Shown: in pieces, positions 1-13,274 of the stretch | How positions within the stretch are numbered: position 1 is the stretch's first letter | Layout of the letters: the number at the start of each line of letters is the position of its first letter | Origin: Octopus sinensis | Taxonomy: Eukaryota | Direction: 5' to 3' | Length of the DNA: 64,000 nucleotides | Assembly (NCBI RefSeq): GCF_006345805.1 | Contig: NC_042998.1 | Span: 52,204,001 to 52,268,000 of the forward strand | Notes under the pieces: generated by a model | Database searches by the model: none | What the model saw: only the letters and a program-made list of their open reading frames with translations | Told to the model about the DNA's origin: nothing | Made by a program: the position numbers and the translations under genes

Positions 1-168
1 GGTGCTGGTGAGTTTACTTCCCCATAACTTAGCCATTCAGCAAAAGAAACAGATAAAATAAATACTAGGCTTAAGCAAATAAGTCTTGTAGCCAATATCT
101 TTCACTGAAACCCTCCAGGGAAGTGACCCAGCATGGCCACAGTCAAATGAATGAAGCAAGTCAAAGAT
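1..168 (+). mobile_element. SINE family A (tRNA-derived, CORE-like; octopus OR-type), 3' part
   Basis: Matches the 3' half of the near full-length copies at 39560, 43631 and 63466 (ggtg..tttac.tccccataacttagc...cagcatggccacagtcaaatga). Confidence 0.75.
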
Positions 169-469
169 AATAGAAAGATTTGCATGTCTGTGTGTGCATC
201 TTTATGTGCATTTCTGCATCTGATTATATCTCACATGCTGTGTCTGTCATGAAAGGTATAGAGCCAAAAGCAAATCATGATGCTTCTTGACGTTCCCTGC
301 TAAGAACTCATCCCACAGCTTTGTGTTTTCGAATAGGAGTGGAATAAAATTTCTTTTGCTTCTAAGATAGGGGAGGATTAATAACAGGAGGAGCATCCAA
401 CTGTAAAGCAATGCCTCAATACGTGTTCATCATGGAAAAATAGATGCAAAATGAATGAAATAGTATATG

Positions 470-493
470 TATATATATATATGTGTGTGTGTG

Positions 494-542
<49 letters not shown>

Positions 543-690
543 AATATATATATATTTATATATACATATATATATATTTATATAAATATATATATATATA
601 TCAACAATTGAGGGTAAAATTAATTAATCAATTTCACCAAGTGTTCAGTATGTAAATATATATATATATATATTATATACATATATATGT
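470..690. repeat. (TA)n microsatellite
   Basis: Visible TA dinucleotide run; source of the YIYI ORF 467-655. Confidence 0.95.
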
Positions 691-999
691 GTATACACAC
701 ACACGCACAGCTGTGCATGCAGACACACAGACATGCACACATACACATACATATCACATTTGCTGTTTATTTATTCTGTTTTACCATGATATTACGCTAA
801 ATATTATGAAATGTATCACAGAATATAAGCATGTTGTTGAAGTAATAGAATTATAAGGAAAGGTATCTGTTGTCATCCAAGTAAGTCAAGTAGCAGAAAG
901 CACTTTGCCCACAAACACAGCTCAATGGCAACAGTTAGATCTTTTAAAGATAAAATTGGGTGTGCCTCGAAATTGACATATGAGTTTCACATTTTATTG

Positions 1000-1311
1000 G
1001 TTTCGGTTATTAGACTGCAGCTATGCTGGGGCACTGCCTTGATACACTAAGCCTGGTATTTATTGTATCAATCTCTTTTGCTGAACCACTAAGTTACAGG
1101 TACATAAATGCACTAACACCGGTTGTCAAGCATACACATACGCACACATAAATATATGATGGGCTGCTTTCAGTTTCTGTATACCAAATCCACTCACAAG
1201 ATTTTGGTTGGTCCGAGGTTATAGTAGAAGACGCTTGCTAAAGGTGCTGCACAGTGGGACTGAACCTGGAACCATGTGGTTGTGAAGCAAACTTCTTACC
1301 ACACAGCCATG

Positions 1312-1312
<1 letters not shown>
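1000..1312 (-). mobile_element. SINE family A copy
   Basis: Reverse complement of family A (ggactgaacctggaaccatgtggttgtgaagcaaacttcttaccacacagcca), abutting a (TA)n run. Confidence 0.85.
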
Positions 1313-1352
<40 letters not shown>

Positions 1353-1779
1353 TTTGCAAATTAAACACCTGTTCATTTGAAGTTAAATAACTTTCAACTA
1401 GTGTAAAGACACTAAAAATATATCTTGTGAAGTTTGCTTAAGATACCGTGTAATTAATTTTTGCAACATTCATTCTCTTAATCATATTGAGAAGTAACAC
1501 CTTCTACTTTTTGAGCTATAATTTCCTCCAACATAACTTCCTGACACTCTTGAGTAAGACTATGAAAGTGGTGGATACACATACAACTGGTCAATATGAG
1601 AGTCTCTCTCATAGTAACTACCACAGTATAGTTTGTTCTAACAGAACATTCACAATTAAGTGGGAAGATAAATATTACCTCTCAGTATTAGTACTGTCTC
1701 TGTTGCTAACATATATTTTTTCACACAACTTCATTCATATTATAATCCAGTTAATTAGACTGCAGCTCATTAATCTTCT

Positions 1780-2592
1780 GTCTACCAATGGGTCCAATGG
1801 ACCCATTTCAGTTTCTTTCAGTTACTTTTTCCTGATTCTGCTGATTTCTCGTGACTCTATTTTTTCTTGACTCTTTTATTTGTCTAATGAGAAATTTTCC
1901 ATATGTTTATAAAAATTTTCCATATGTTTATACATTATTTACTGTATGGGTTCATTGAACCCTTGAATTAAATTCTAACATTACTCTTGTCATTCTAAAC
2001 AGAATAAAAGCAGTATCAAATATATTTTCCTGGATATTTATCACTTATAAAATAGACAAAATTGTATTCAATTTATTTGCAGAATTTTAGATAAAATAGG
2101 AAAAGTTATGAAAATATTCCTGTAAATTTGTGCAGTATTGCATCACTTTCAATCTGCTAGGTTATAGGGTGATGCAATATCATTTCTCAACCAATGACCT
2201 TCAACTTCATTTGGGATTCTTCAGCCAAAGAAAAAAAGGAAGATGTTCTTTGTGTGGCCCCAAAAAAGACAGGAAAACTCGTACTACATGCAAGAATTGT
2301 AATATCCATGTTTGCCAAGAACATTCCAATGTTGTCTGCATTCACTGCCATGAAGAGCTGTAATTCTGTATTTTCGTAATTTTTAAAATTTAAAATATAT
2401 TCTGTAAGCTGTATTTTTTTTTTATTAAAATTTTGTGAGAAACAGTAATTCTTCATTCAACAGATAGCATATATACTGTAACTAAGAAATAGTGGTAGTT
2501 TGAATAAAATTTAATTAAAAGAAAAATATTGAGTCCATTGAATCCAGTTGGTAATTAGTAATATGCATTTTCTCTGGTAGACCAAGGGTTAA
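1780..2592 (+). mobile_element. piggyBac transposon relic (C-terminal cysteine-rich domain and right end)
   Basis: ORF 2130-2363 ends RCSLCGPKKDRKTRTTCKNCNIHVCQEHSNVVCIHC, like the piggyBac CRD; end AGGG followed by TTAA at 2589-2592; short palindromes gggtccaatggaccc and gggttcattgaaccc upstream; left end not located. Confidence 0.65.
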
Positions 2593-2756
2593 AAACAAAG
2601 GCAAAATTCTTTTCCAGTCTCCTGTTGGAGCATGCATCTCAGTATAAGTTTGACAGAAGCTGATGCGATATAAATCTTTCTTTTTTTGAAGAGTGGTTGT
2701 TTTCCAACCTGCCATCTGTTTGTTCAGGAGATCCAAAATTTTCAGTAGTGCTTTCT

Positions 2757-2945
2757 TTAGATCTTTAGCATTCAGATTTCTTAGTCAAATGTATTGCATA
2801 TTTATTCAAATTGTTTTGAATTAATCATATATTATCTTGTAGCTTCAAGATTTCAATACATGTTTGTATATTTTTAGAATGACTTTGTAGGGTATGTGTG
2901 AGAGGTTGGATCTGGTTAGTTTTAACATAAAACAGGTAGAAACTG
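2757..2945 (+). mobile_element. piggyBac-type MITE fragment (family of 41258-41471)
   Basis: Shares ctttagcattcaga...aacataaaacaggtagaa with the complete copy at 41.3 kb. Confidence 0.55.
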
Positions 2946-3129
2946 AATTCCAGAGAAAGGAATTTCTAGGATATCAAAGTATTAACAACCTGATTACAGT
3001 TAATTTCCACCAACACTGACACTAACTTTTGCTTTTTATCATACATCATGTATGTGTAATCTAGTTATGTTATACCTGACATCCATTATATTTTTTTACT
3101 ATAATTTCTAGAATACTGGTCAATGTAGT

Positions 3130-4085
3130 ATACAACGTAAACACATATTGTCTTCATTGGTCACACTGCTTTCGCAGATTCCCATAGCTCTCCGTCACCA
3201 TCCAATTCCATTATTATGAATTTGAATTGGGAGCTTGAGTACATTGAATCTTTCATTGAGCTGATTACACAACTGTGGGTGTCACCCCTATGGATGCATT
3301 GTAGTTACTCCTTTGACAGAGCTTGGTGTTCCTGACCATTGATTTTCAAGGATTCTTCTGCTTAGCATCAATGTAAGAAACACCGCTGGCTCAGTTGAAC
3401 TTTTCCACTACCTTTTCACAATCTCCCATGCTGCAGTCCCATAACTTTGCTGTATTCCTGGCAGGGTGGCTGGACAGGTGCTCTATGCCTTGCCAAAGGA
3501 CATCCCATAACTATACAGGGCATGGTTGTCACTCCATGAGGTATTTTCAAAACACCTGCATACCCAAACATTGTGTAAACATTCAAACAGTGCCTATCTT
3601 TTCACTTTCCAAATCCTACTGCATTTCAGATGGAATTTTTGGTGTATAAGTCAACCTATGTTATTTGGCTGTAAATCTTGGTCTGAAAAATTCGATTTCT
3701 ATTCTGGAAAATTTGGTATATAGTCTTGTACATATTATCATGGGTAGAGGTGTATGCTATGATGTATATAGTTTTGAGTGCAGATATATAATCTTGTGCA
3801 TATTGTCATGAATGTAGATATAAATTCTGTAAATTCTCATTTTGCATTCAACTCTTGAAACAGGTATCCCACATGTTTTCCAGTATACACATTGATGTAG
3901 TATATAATTTAGTGGAAGCATTCAAATATTGTCACTATCTCTCCAGATCCTGCTGCATTTTACTTGGAACTTTTAATCCCCCAAAGTGGTTTTGTTGTAC
4001 AAGCTGACCTACTATTAAAAAATTTTTTTTGGGCCGTAAATTTTGGTCTGAAAAATTTGACTTGTATGCTGGAAAATACAATACC
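3130..4085 (-). mobile_element. Decayed pogo/Tc2-like DNA transposon
   Basis: Two terminal-like blocks (gtaaat.ttggtctgaaaaatt.gacttgtatgctggaaaata); 3820-3960 aligns by eye to 36030-36190; no intact ORF. Confidence 0.45.
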
Positions 4086-4587
4086 TTTGTTCATGAGAGA
4101 AGATGATACTCATGATCCTTTACAGAGCCTCTGAGGTTAATGGAAAGTTGGGGAAGAAGGTATCCTCATACCAAAGTCTTAACTTAAAATACTTGCAATA
4201 GAGTGGCTTCAGTTAAAGGCAGAGAAAATTCCAGGTGGTAGTGTTAAATAAGTTGATAAGGTTTAGTCTACCACCCAAGCTGGACATAGTGGATTTGAAC
4301 TCAAGAACTGAAATATTGAAACAAACAGTACCTTGAGAATTGTTTTATTCCTTCATTTGTTGTATATATTTGTTTATGTATGAAAGGAGATTTCAAAAAT
4401 GAGATTCACTGGGGATTCAAAAAATCAGTTATATTCAATAGCCCCAAAGAACAGTCACTCACAAGATGTATCAAGGAAAAGGGTATTTGTGTGTTGGTTT
4501 CTAGACCCAACAAAGGGATCTCTACATTGTTGCTATTGTTCTTTAATTCTTTAGCATTCAGATTAGTTTGTCACATGTAATGTTTAT

Positions 4588-4800
4588 GTAGAACGACCGT
4601 GCGAAGGAGAGGTGAGAAAGAATGGCTCCTTTAATACATCGCACAGTCAATTACAGAAGGCTGTGATTGGTTGAGTTGCATATTGGCATGTAACAGAGCA
4701 AAAGACAAACTGCACCAATACCAACCAATCAGAGTAGTGGACACAACAGGGTCCAAAAGAGCAGCCGAAAGCTAGCTGTTATCTACTATGTCTGTACTCA
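4588..4800 (+). repeat. Unclassified interspersed repeat (second copy 57960-58335)
   Basis: aacgaccgtg..gaggtga.aagaatg.ctcctt and cagaaggctgt.att.gttg.gttgcatattggcatg.aa.agagcaa.agacaa are shared with 57960-58335. Confidence 0.6.
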
Positions 4801-4811
4801 CGTATATATAA

Positions 4812-4812
4812 C

Positions 4813-4869
<57 letters not shown>

Positions 4870-4880
4870 AGAGAGAGAGA
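4812..4880. repeat. (GA)n microsatellite
   Basis: Visible GA run. Confidence 0.95.
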
Positions 4881-4889
4881 GTTTGCTAC

Positions 4890-5124
4890 ACTTATTATTC
4901 ACATTGCTTTGAATTAATCAGATATTATCTTCTAGCTTTGAGATTTTGGGATTCCTTTTTCTACTTGTTTCAGTCATTAGACTGCAGCTATGCTGGGGCA
5001 TCACCTTGTTTACTCTTAGTAAGACATTGTAGTGTAGGTGTAAGAGTCTGTATTTGGCAAGTTTGAACATAAAACAGGTACAATATTTTGGTCAGATATG
5101 GCTGGTTGAATGCTAAAGGGTTAA
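4890..5124 (+). mobile_element. piggyBac-type MITE with a SINE A fragment inside
   Basis: Ends tgaatgctaaaggg+TTAA (5121-5124); SINE A 3' fragment at about 4955-5007. Confidence 0.55.
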
Positions 5125-5994
5125 CCTAGGTCAGTTAACCTCCAAGTAAACGATTCTAGCCATTATCTTTTTTTTTTATGTCCAGTGACTACATTGCCTA
5201 ATGTGATCTTTTTTGTTTTTAAGATGGTAGGTTCTGATTTGAAGGTTGCTATTTCTGGTAAGTTGAGTACCTATGTAGAAGTTAAGCACAAGTTCTCTCA
5301 TTGGGTCATTAAACAAATGTTTGCTACTTAGACATTTATTACTAACCTTAAACCCCATGTGATCAGAAATACACTTATTGTATGCATAAAACCCTCAACA
5401 TGTTACTACATATCTTTTCTATTATATATACAAACAAGCACATCTAAAACTAGAAACTTGAGAATACAGCAGTAGGAGAAGTGAGAATGAAATTGAAGCA
5501 GTTAGCAAAATAAGAAGAAAAGGAATTAGTAATAAATGGTGATTATATATTATTCTGCAACTTAAGGGAATGGCTTTGCATAGATCCTGGTAAAAGGAAT
5601 TAGATTAGCAAGGAATATGCTTTAATTTAGTAATGTGAATGCTACAATACAATTTAGCATGTTGTACAAGATAATGGGGGAGTTTTTATGTGTTTGACAT
5701 GCTACAAATAACATTCATATTACCATCTAATCTCATTGTGCTGTCTTAAATGAAGGAGACTATGTTGGGCCATATACTACCTGATATACAGAAAGATGGG
5801 ATGGTCATGACTAGAATATTGTTAGTAATAGGTCTATTCAGTCAACAATAACTGCATTTTACATGTCACTGTTTATTCGATGCATCACGTGTCTTTGGTA
5901 TCTAGAACTGGTTAGAACCCATCTCTCTCCAGTTCTGACCACAGCCAATTCTTTCAAAGAGAATTGACTTCAGAACAAGCATTTAGCCTTAAGT

Positions 5995-6200
5995 CCTTCT
6001 TCACTGCTCAGAGCATTGGGAAACAAACTTCCTCCATCAGGTTCAGTTAGCTGCTACTCTTGCTCATCCATTCCATGTAGTGTTGACTGTCTTTGGGTTG
6101 TCTTGAAATGTCTGCCACCAAGTACTCTTCAGCCTATCCCTTTTATGCCCTCAAGTGGTACTTAAGTCATGGTTATTTTCAAGTGCATTTGAACAGCTAG
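5995..6200 (-). mobile_element. RTE LINE C-terminal ORF fragment
   Basis: Minus-strand translation gives RLKSTWWQTFQD...ARVAAN*T*WRKFVSQCSEQ*RR, resembling RTE ORF ends. Confidence 0.5.
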
Positions 6201-6300
6201 ATGGAGAATAAGAACAGAACCTTATATTTCAAACTCTCAAGGACAAACTGTACACTAAACCTTCACAGGCTTTGAAGTGCATAGAGCTGGAATGAATACC

Positions 6301-6520
6301 TATTTCTTTACTACCCACAAGGGGCTAAACACAGAGGGGACAAACAAGGACAGACACACGGATTAAGTCGATTACATTGACCCTAGTGCATAACTGGTAC
6401 TTATTTAATTGACCCCGAAAGGATGAAAGGCAAAGTCGACCTTGGCGGAATTTGAACTCAGAACGTAATGGCAGATGAAATACAGCTACGTATTTCGCCT
6501 GGCGTGCTAACGTTTCTGCC
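6301..6520 (-). mobile_element. SINE family B (tRNA-derived) with 16-bp TSD
   Basis: Body gaaaggatgaaaggcaaagtcgaccttggcggaatttgaactcagaacg; TSD agctggaatgaatacc at 6285-6300 and 6521-6536. Confidence 0.9.
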
Positions 6521-7418
6521 AGCTGGAATGAATACCGTAAGTCTTTAGGGTTGCTCCATGCACTATCAAATGAATAAGTTTTACCCACATCCAAGATCAA
6601 GTTTAGTTTGGAAAAGAAAATACAGACCAGATAATTTCTCATGATTTTGTGAGACCATGTCAGCTCTATAGACTTGTTTGAAAGAAAATAAGAAAGACTA
6701 AATCACTTATTTAAAACTACTTGTGTTTGAGAGGACTTTATAAAACTAACCCATCATACTTTATTATTACTTCTTGTAATAATACTTGTGTTTATTAGCA
6801 GCTGTATTGGAGTAGGGAAGCAGAAGTAATGTTTCCAGGACATATTTTTATGTACAAATTCCAAGAAATGAAGATTTGTGTTATCACCACCTTCAGGCAT
6901 ATTAGTCATCAAATGTTGGCTACTAGTTCTTATTGATTTATTTTTCCCGTTAATTTATCTACTTTAGTCATAGAATTGATATAACTGCTTCATGTGTGTT
7001 TAAGAATATATAAAACTAGGCAGTGGAAGAAAATAGGTATTCTATGAACTTGTCACAATAAAATGGATGATGGAAATTTTGTTTGCAAATGTGAGAAGAG
7101 CATAATTACAGTAATTGCTAATGAAAAGAGAAACATAAATATCAAATATCACTCTTATTAATGTTTTATTTATCAATGTTGCTGTTGTGGTTTTGTTGTG
7201 GTGATAATCATCTGATTAATATCTATTTAACATCTATGATGTCATGAGCTGGACAAGGCATGGCTGTGTTATTCAGAAGTTTGCTTCACAGTCACATAGT
7301 TCCAGATTTAATCTCACATGGTGGTATCACAGTCTTGACTTAACTGATGCCTTGTAAGCAAAATCTGTTAAACAAGTGGGGGAAGTGAATAGCATATGTG
7401 TTTTCTTCTGTTTTTAAT

Positions 7419-7944
7419 TACCGTAAATCCTCAAGTATAGTCTGCCCTTGAGTATAATATGCAGGGGATTTTCAGGAGGCTGTACCTCTGAAAAACCTAA
7501 CCCTTGTGTATAATATGCACCGCGTCTCTAACTTGAGTCGTGCATAATTAAGCCAGCAGCACCTAGTCGAACAAACACTTCCGCGCATGCATAATACAAT
7601 AATGGTGATGTTCTTAACTGTTATATGGGAATGTAAATATGTTTGCAAATTGTTTTTGTTACATGTTATTCTGTATTCTGAATACTTTTATTTTAATAAA
7701 TGTTGCTTTCTGCAAATTATGGATGATTCTTTTATGACTTCATTGCTTTTAGGCTTAGCTTAATGTATTTTCGCGCCCGACATCACAAAATGCGCCTGAA
7801 TAAACATTGCCGGACAGCAAATAGAGACTCAGACATAGCTTAGAAAATAATTTTCATTTTTAACCGCGTATATAGTACGCACTAGGGATTTTGATCATTA
7901 AATTTTAGGAAAAAAATGCGGATTATACTCGAGGATTTACGGTA
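7419..7944. mobile_element. Tc1/mariner-superfamily MITE (Tc2/pogo-like ends)
   Basis: TIR ccgtaaatcctc(a/g)agtata at 7421 and tatactcgaggatttacgg ending 7942; TA duplication on both sides. Confidence 0.85.
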
Positions 7945-8019
7945 AGTTCTTCGTTTCAGGAAGAAGATGGTTTCTAACAAAGATACAAAGCTCCATTGTT
8001 GCAATGTAGATAACAAAAA

Positions 8020-8170
8020 ACAATACCACATTTTAAACTTGAGAAAAGTCTTGCATATTTTTACTGTTCCACTTACAAATTGTATTTGTAGTATGCAATT
8101 TAGCTGATTGATTTCTTTTTCTGAAAACCCTTGCTTATCCAGAATGACATGTAGGCATTCACCCACAAAA
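8020..8170 (-). mobile_element. R4/Dong-type RLE retrotransposon, ORF C-terminal fragment
   Basis: ECLHVILDKQGFSEKEINQLNCILQIQFVSGTVKICKTFLKF; homologous to 8870-9050. Confidence 0.6.
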
Positions 8171-8761
8171 CCAAGTGCACCAATTATTACTAGTATAAAT
8201 CAGCTGTCTATAATTATCCCCTTTCTTTTTGATTGACAAAGAGATATTCACATTAGAAGGGCAGCTGACTTCTCTGATGATCCATACTTTTTCTTGTGTC
8301 TGTCTATCTGTGTGTATGTGCTTGCATGCATGTATGTATTCTTCTTTGGAATTTACTTTTAAGATTTCTCCTTTGTAGAATTTATGTTGGTCGTTAACAA
8401 AGTGGCAAAGATCTTTTGTTTAAGTCAAGACAGCTCTTAAGGTTTGTGGTTGTCTGAATTGGTTGATGTATGCATATATGTGTGCGTATGTGGATACAGT
8501 TGCACTTGTAGGGGTTTTGTCACAATGGAACATGAGTGTGTAAGTTCCATTGCTGTTTATGTGTGCGAGACTATATATATTCCTTATATGTATGTGACTG
8601 TACGCATATATTCACCCAAGATCCTCAAATGAAGAATCCCTTGAATGTTTTACAAATTTTTGCTGTTATTATGTATGTATATGTATGCATGGATGAATGG
8701 ATGGATAGGTAAACAAATGTGTGCATGTTTTTATCTACATTACTAACTGTATGTTAATGTT

Positions 8762-8767
8762 GAGGGA

Positions 8768-8800
<33 letters not shown>

Positions 8801-8845
8801 GCAGAGACAGAGAGACAGAGAGACAGAGAGAGAAAAAGAGAGAGA
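8762..8845. repeat. (GA)n/(GAGACA)n microsatellite
   Basis: Visible run. Confidence 0.9.
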
Positions 8846-8869
8846 AATACATACATACATGTTCAGGTT

Positions 8870-9050
8870 TATACTTGTAATTATTGGGGTACTAGGATAT
8901 GTAACACACTGCCTAAATACCAATCTTGAGAAATTAAGCTTCTCAAAACCAGAAAGGAGAAAGCTGATTTGAAAACTACAGAACCAATCCATCACTAGAA
9001 CTGTAAAAACCTGTTAAAATTTCCAGAAGTTCACCATTTAAGTGTATATG
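8870..9050 (+). mobile_element. R4/Dong-type RLE retrotransposon, ORF C-terminal fragment
   Basis: VIIGVLGYVTHCLNTNLEKLSFSKPERRKLI*KLQNQSITRTVKTC*NFQKF. Confidence 0.6.
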
Positions 9051-9112
9051 CACAAGTCTAGATATGCAGCTATATGCATGAGAATACATACATAAAACAA
9101 AATATACAAATC

Positions 9113-11236
9113 TAATCCATCCGAACGTGGCCGTAGTCAGTACCGCTTGTGGTACCAGTGCCGGTGGCACACAAGAATCCATCCGAACGTGGCCGTAGTC
9201 AGTACCGCATCACTCGCTATCGTGCTGTGGGCACATAACAAACACCATCCGGTCGTGGCCATTCGCCAGCCTCATCTAGCACCTGTGTCGGTGGCACATA
9301 AAAAGTAGTCAGTACCGCTTGTGGTACCAGTGCCGGTGGCACACAAGAATCCATCCGAACATGGCCGTAGTCAGTACCGCATCACTGGCCATCGTGCTGT
9401 GGGCACATAACAAACACCATCCGATCGTGGCCGTTCGCCAGCCTCATCTAGCACCTGTGTCGGTGGCACATAAAACAACCTTCCGAAGACCCGGCAAGAC
9501 TAGTCAGGCCATAAACCATGGCCCCTACCTGGGACGTAGTCAGTCCACCTGTGCATACCTTCCTCCTTGTGATACTTGTGAAGGCCTGTTGAGGCAAGTG
9601 AAAATCAAAATCAAAATCAAATCAAAACAAATCAAAATAGATGAACATCAATGGAATTTGTATCTTTGTGGTACCAGTGCCGGTGGCACACAAGAGAAAA
9701 CCATCCGAAAGTGGCTGTAGCCAGTACCGCATCGACTGGCCTCCGTGCTATGGGCACATGACAAACACCATCCGATCGTGGCCGTTCGCCAGCCTCATCT
9801 AGCACATGTGTCGGTGGCACATAAAAACACCATCCGAAGACCCGGCAAGACTAGTCAGGCCATAACCCATGGCCCCTACCTGGGACGTAGTCAGTCCACC
9901 TGTGCATACCTTCCTTCTTGTGACACTTGTGAAGACCTGTTGAGGCAAGTGAAAATCAAATCAAAACAAATCAAAATAGATGAACATCAATGGAATCTGT
10001 ATCTTTGTGGTACCAGTGCCGGTGGCACACACTTTGTGGTACCAGTGCCGGTGGGACACAAGAGAACCATCCGAACGTGGCCGTAGCCAGTTCCGCATCG
10101 ACCGGCCTCCGTGCTGTGGGCACGTAACAAACACCATCCGATCATGGCCGTTCGCCAGCCTCATCTGGCACCTGTGTCGGTGGCACATAAAACCACCTTC
10201 CGAAGACCCGGCAAGACTAGTCAGTCCACCTGTGCATACCTTCCTTCTTGTGACACTTGTGAAGACCGGTTGAGGCAAGTGAAAATCAAATCAAATCAAA
10301 ATAGACAAAATAGATGAACATCAATGGAATTTGTATCTTGTGGTACCAGTGCCTGTGGCACACAAGAAATCCATCAGTGCCGTAGTCAGTGTGGTGGGCA
10401 CATGACAAACACCATCCGATCGTGGCCGTTCGCCAGCCTCATCTAGCACCTGTGTCGGTGGCACATAAAAACACCATCCGAAGACCCGGCAAGACTAGTC
10501 AGGCCATAACCCATGGCCCCTACCTGGGACGTAGTCAGTCCACCTGTGCATACCTTCCTTCTTGTGACACTTGTGAAGACCTGTTGAGGCAAGTGAAAAT
10601 CAAAATCAAAACAAATCAAAATAGATGAACATCAATGGAATTTGTATCTTTGTGGTACCAGTGCCGGTGGCACGTGGCACATAAGAAAACCATCCGAACG
10701 TGGCCGTAGCCAGTACCGCATCGACGGCCTCCGTGCTGTGGGCACGTAACAAGCACCATCCGATTGTGGCCGTTTGCCAGCCTCATCTGGCACCTGTGTC
10801 GGTGGCACATAAAAACACCATCCGAGCGTGGCCGTCTGCCAGCCTCGTCTGGCACCTGTGTCGGTGGCACATAAAAACACCATCCGAGCGTGGCCGTCTG
10901 CCAGCCTCGTCTGGCACCTGTGTCGGTGGCACATAAAAACAAACCATCCGAGCGTGGCCGTCTGCCAGCCTCGTCTGGCACCTGTGTCGATGGCACATAA
11001 AAACACCATCCGAGCGTGGCCGTTTGCCAGCCTCGTCTGGCACCTGTGTCGGTGGCACATAAAATCACCCACTACACTCTCGGAGTGGTTGGCGTTAGGA
11101 AGGGCATCCAGCTGTAGAACACTGCCAGATCTGACTGGACTGGTGCAGCTTTCGGGCTCCCCAGACCCCAGTAACCGTCCAACCCATGCTAGCATGGAAA
11201 GCGGACGTTAAATGATGATGATGATGATGATGATGA
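9113..11236 (+). mobile_element. RTE LINE 3' UTR / RTE-tail element (family C), tandemly reiterated
   Basis: gaagacccggcaagactagtcag recurs at 9485, 9836, 10202 and 10480; about 50-bp gccagcctc.tctggcacctgtgtcggtggcacataaaa subrepeats; terminal ggttggcgttaggaagggcatccagctg...ggacgttaaa(tga)n. Confidence 0.8.
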
Positions 11237-11334
11237 TATACACACAAAAATCCCCTGTTGATGTTGTTGAAATTTCAATGAAGGAGCTTTTTTGGAAAGA
11301 AATCTTGAAATAAACTGAATAATGACACACATGC

Positions 11335-11338
11335 ACAG

Positions 11339-11417
<79 letters not shown>

Positions 11418-11429
11418 TACATACATACA

Positions 11430-11461
<32 letters not shown>

Positions 11462-11870
11462 CATACATATATGCATGCATGCATACATACATACATACAT
11501 ACATACATACATACATACATACATACATACATACATACATACATACATGCATGCATGCATGCATACATACATACATACATATGAGGGGAAGCTGAAAGTT
11601 CCTGGTTTTAAGAGTATCATGAAAAGCACAGTTGGAGACCCAATCTTCTGAGTTTTTTACAGGACTGTTCTAATAAGTATGTGAATCTGAGAGGGGGATA
11701 AGTTGAATAAAATCATGATTAACTGATCCTCCTATATTTTCTTTTACCCAAAGCCAGGAACTTTTCAACACCCCACTACCTTATACATACATACATACAT
11801 ACATGCATACATACATACATACATACATACATACATACATACATACATACATACATACATACATACATGC
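11335..11870. repeat. (CA)n and (CATA)n microsatellites split by a MITE
   Basis: Visible runs on both sides of 11582-11775. Confidence 0.95.
11582..11775. mobile_element. mariner-type MITE (family of 33115-33326)
   Basis: Ends tgaggggaagctgaaagttcctgg and ccaggaacttttcaacacccc; inserted in (CATA)n. Confidence 0.7.
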
Positions 11871-12395
11871 ATTCAGACAGACAGACAGACAAACAGACTG
11901 ACAAAGAAGACAATTTTCTCTTTCTTCACAACCACTGTAAAACTGAAAACAATCATGATAATTTTAAATTATTTTTAAACAAAGCATATCTATTATTTAT
12001 AACCCGTTATCAAATCTCACCTAACTGCAAAGCACAATTACATACAAATCAATGAAGAGGGTTGGTCTTTAATTTGTTACTTGGCATTTCACAAGTAGCA
12101 GACAAATCTTCCTACCATGCATGTATTTCCTTCTTGGTAAGTTTGTACTGGATTAGATAAAGTTTGAATGATCAAATCTTGAACACCTTTGATCATATGT
12201 CTGCTTGGTCAATGTTGACCAAGAGTAACACAACAACAACAAGGTATATTTACTATCACATACTCATCATTGCCATCATCATCATCATCATCATCATCAC
12301 CATTTAACGTCTGCTTTCCATGCTGGCATGGGTTATGACTATAACTAAAAATTTAACAACAGATCATCTTTCTAAAAAGCCTGTATCATCTCTAG

Positions 12396-12727
12396 GAGTG
12401 TTTCTCAACCAGATCCATAAGACTCCTGGGGCTCCATATAAGACTTTGGGGCTTCCACACAACAAAATAGTAAATTGAGGACCCACAATAGTATTTCAAA
12501 GGTCCATGGAAAAATTTTTGCCTTAGATGTATTTATTGCAAGAAACAGCAAGATGTATCTATTTATATTCAACATACACAAGTTAACATATGGAAAGGAA
12601 AATATGAATTTTGAATGAATTATCTATAAAACTAGTTTTTACACATCAAATGGTCACGAGGGGACACCAGAGTAAAATAGAAATCAAAGAGGTCCATAGA
12701 TAAAAAAAAAATGGTTGAGAACCACTC
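12396..12727. mobile_element. hAT-like MITE
   Basis: 15-bp TIR gagtgtttctcaacc / ggttgagaaccactc (one mismatch); putative 8-bp TSD degenerate (atctctag vs atttattg). Confidence 0.65.
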
Positions 12728-13274
12728 ATTTATTGTATCAATATTGAAAGCAAACTTAAAATAGTGAAAATAATATTTCAATCATCTCACCATAATCTTA
12801 AAGAATAATCAAAGAAATATAGTTTATCAATTCGATTTGCGAGATTCCTGATGGGAAATTGTGTGTTGAAGCAGATGTTGTATTTCGTAATAGTCATTTT
12901 ATTTATTACTAGCTTGGGCTTGTTTCGACCCTTTAGAATTGGAGTTTTTGAAAAGTAAAAATTTTGTATTATGTAGCTTGTTATTCTCTCTAAGTGAACA
13001 TTTTTCTGGTTGAAATACACCGAAAAATGGTGACACAGCAGTAAAAAAATCGTAAAAAATAAGGATTTTCATAGAAGAAAAGCACCTTTTTGATGTAAAT
13101 AATTTTTGGTGTTAACATTGTCCGATTTGAATTTTTTCTTCTACGGAAGGAAGAGCAAGCCTTCTATCATATTCTCAATTTTGGTCAACTTGCACAGCAG
13201 GGTCTCAGAGGAGATAGTGTTAGTTGAAGGCTACTAAACCTGCCATACACAGACAACTTCAGCTTTATATATAT

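Noticed and set aside
1487-1870. 127-aa ORF next to the piggyBac relic
   Set aside because: TTG start, no recognisable motif and no splice support
6799-6936. 45-codon open frame QLYWSREAEVMFPGHIFMYKFQEMKICV...
   Set aside because: No convincing GT donor and no recognisable homology
10700-11060. Regular repeats of about 50 bp resembling a CRISPR array
   Set aside because: Eukaryotic DNA; units are contiguous subrepeats without unique spacers, and there are no cas genes
9319-11211. Many overlapping 60-190-aa ORFs on both strands
   Set aside because: By-products of the GC-rich tandem RTE 3' UTR array
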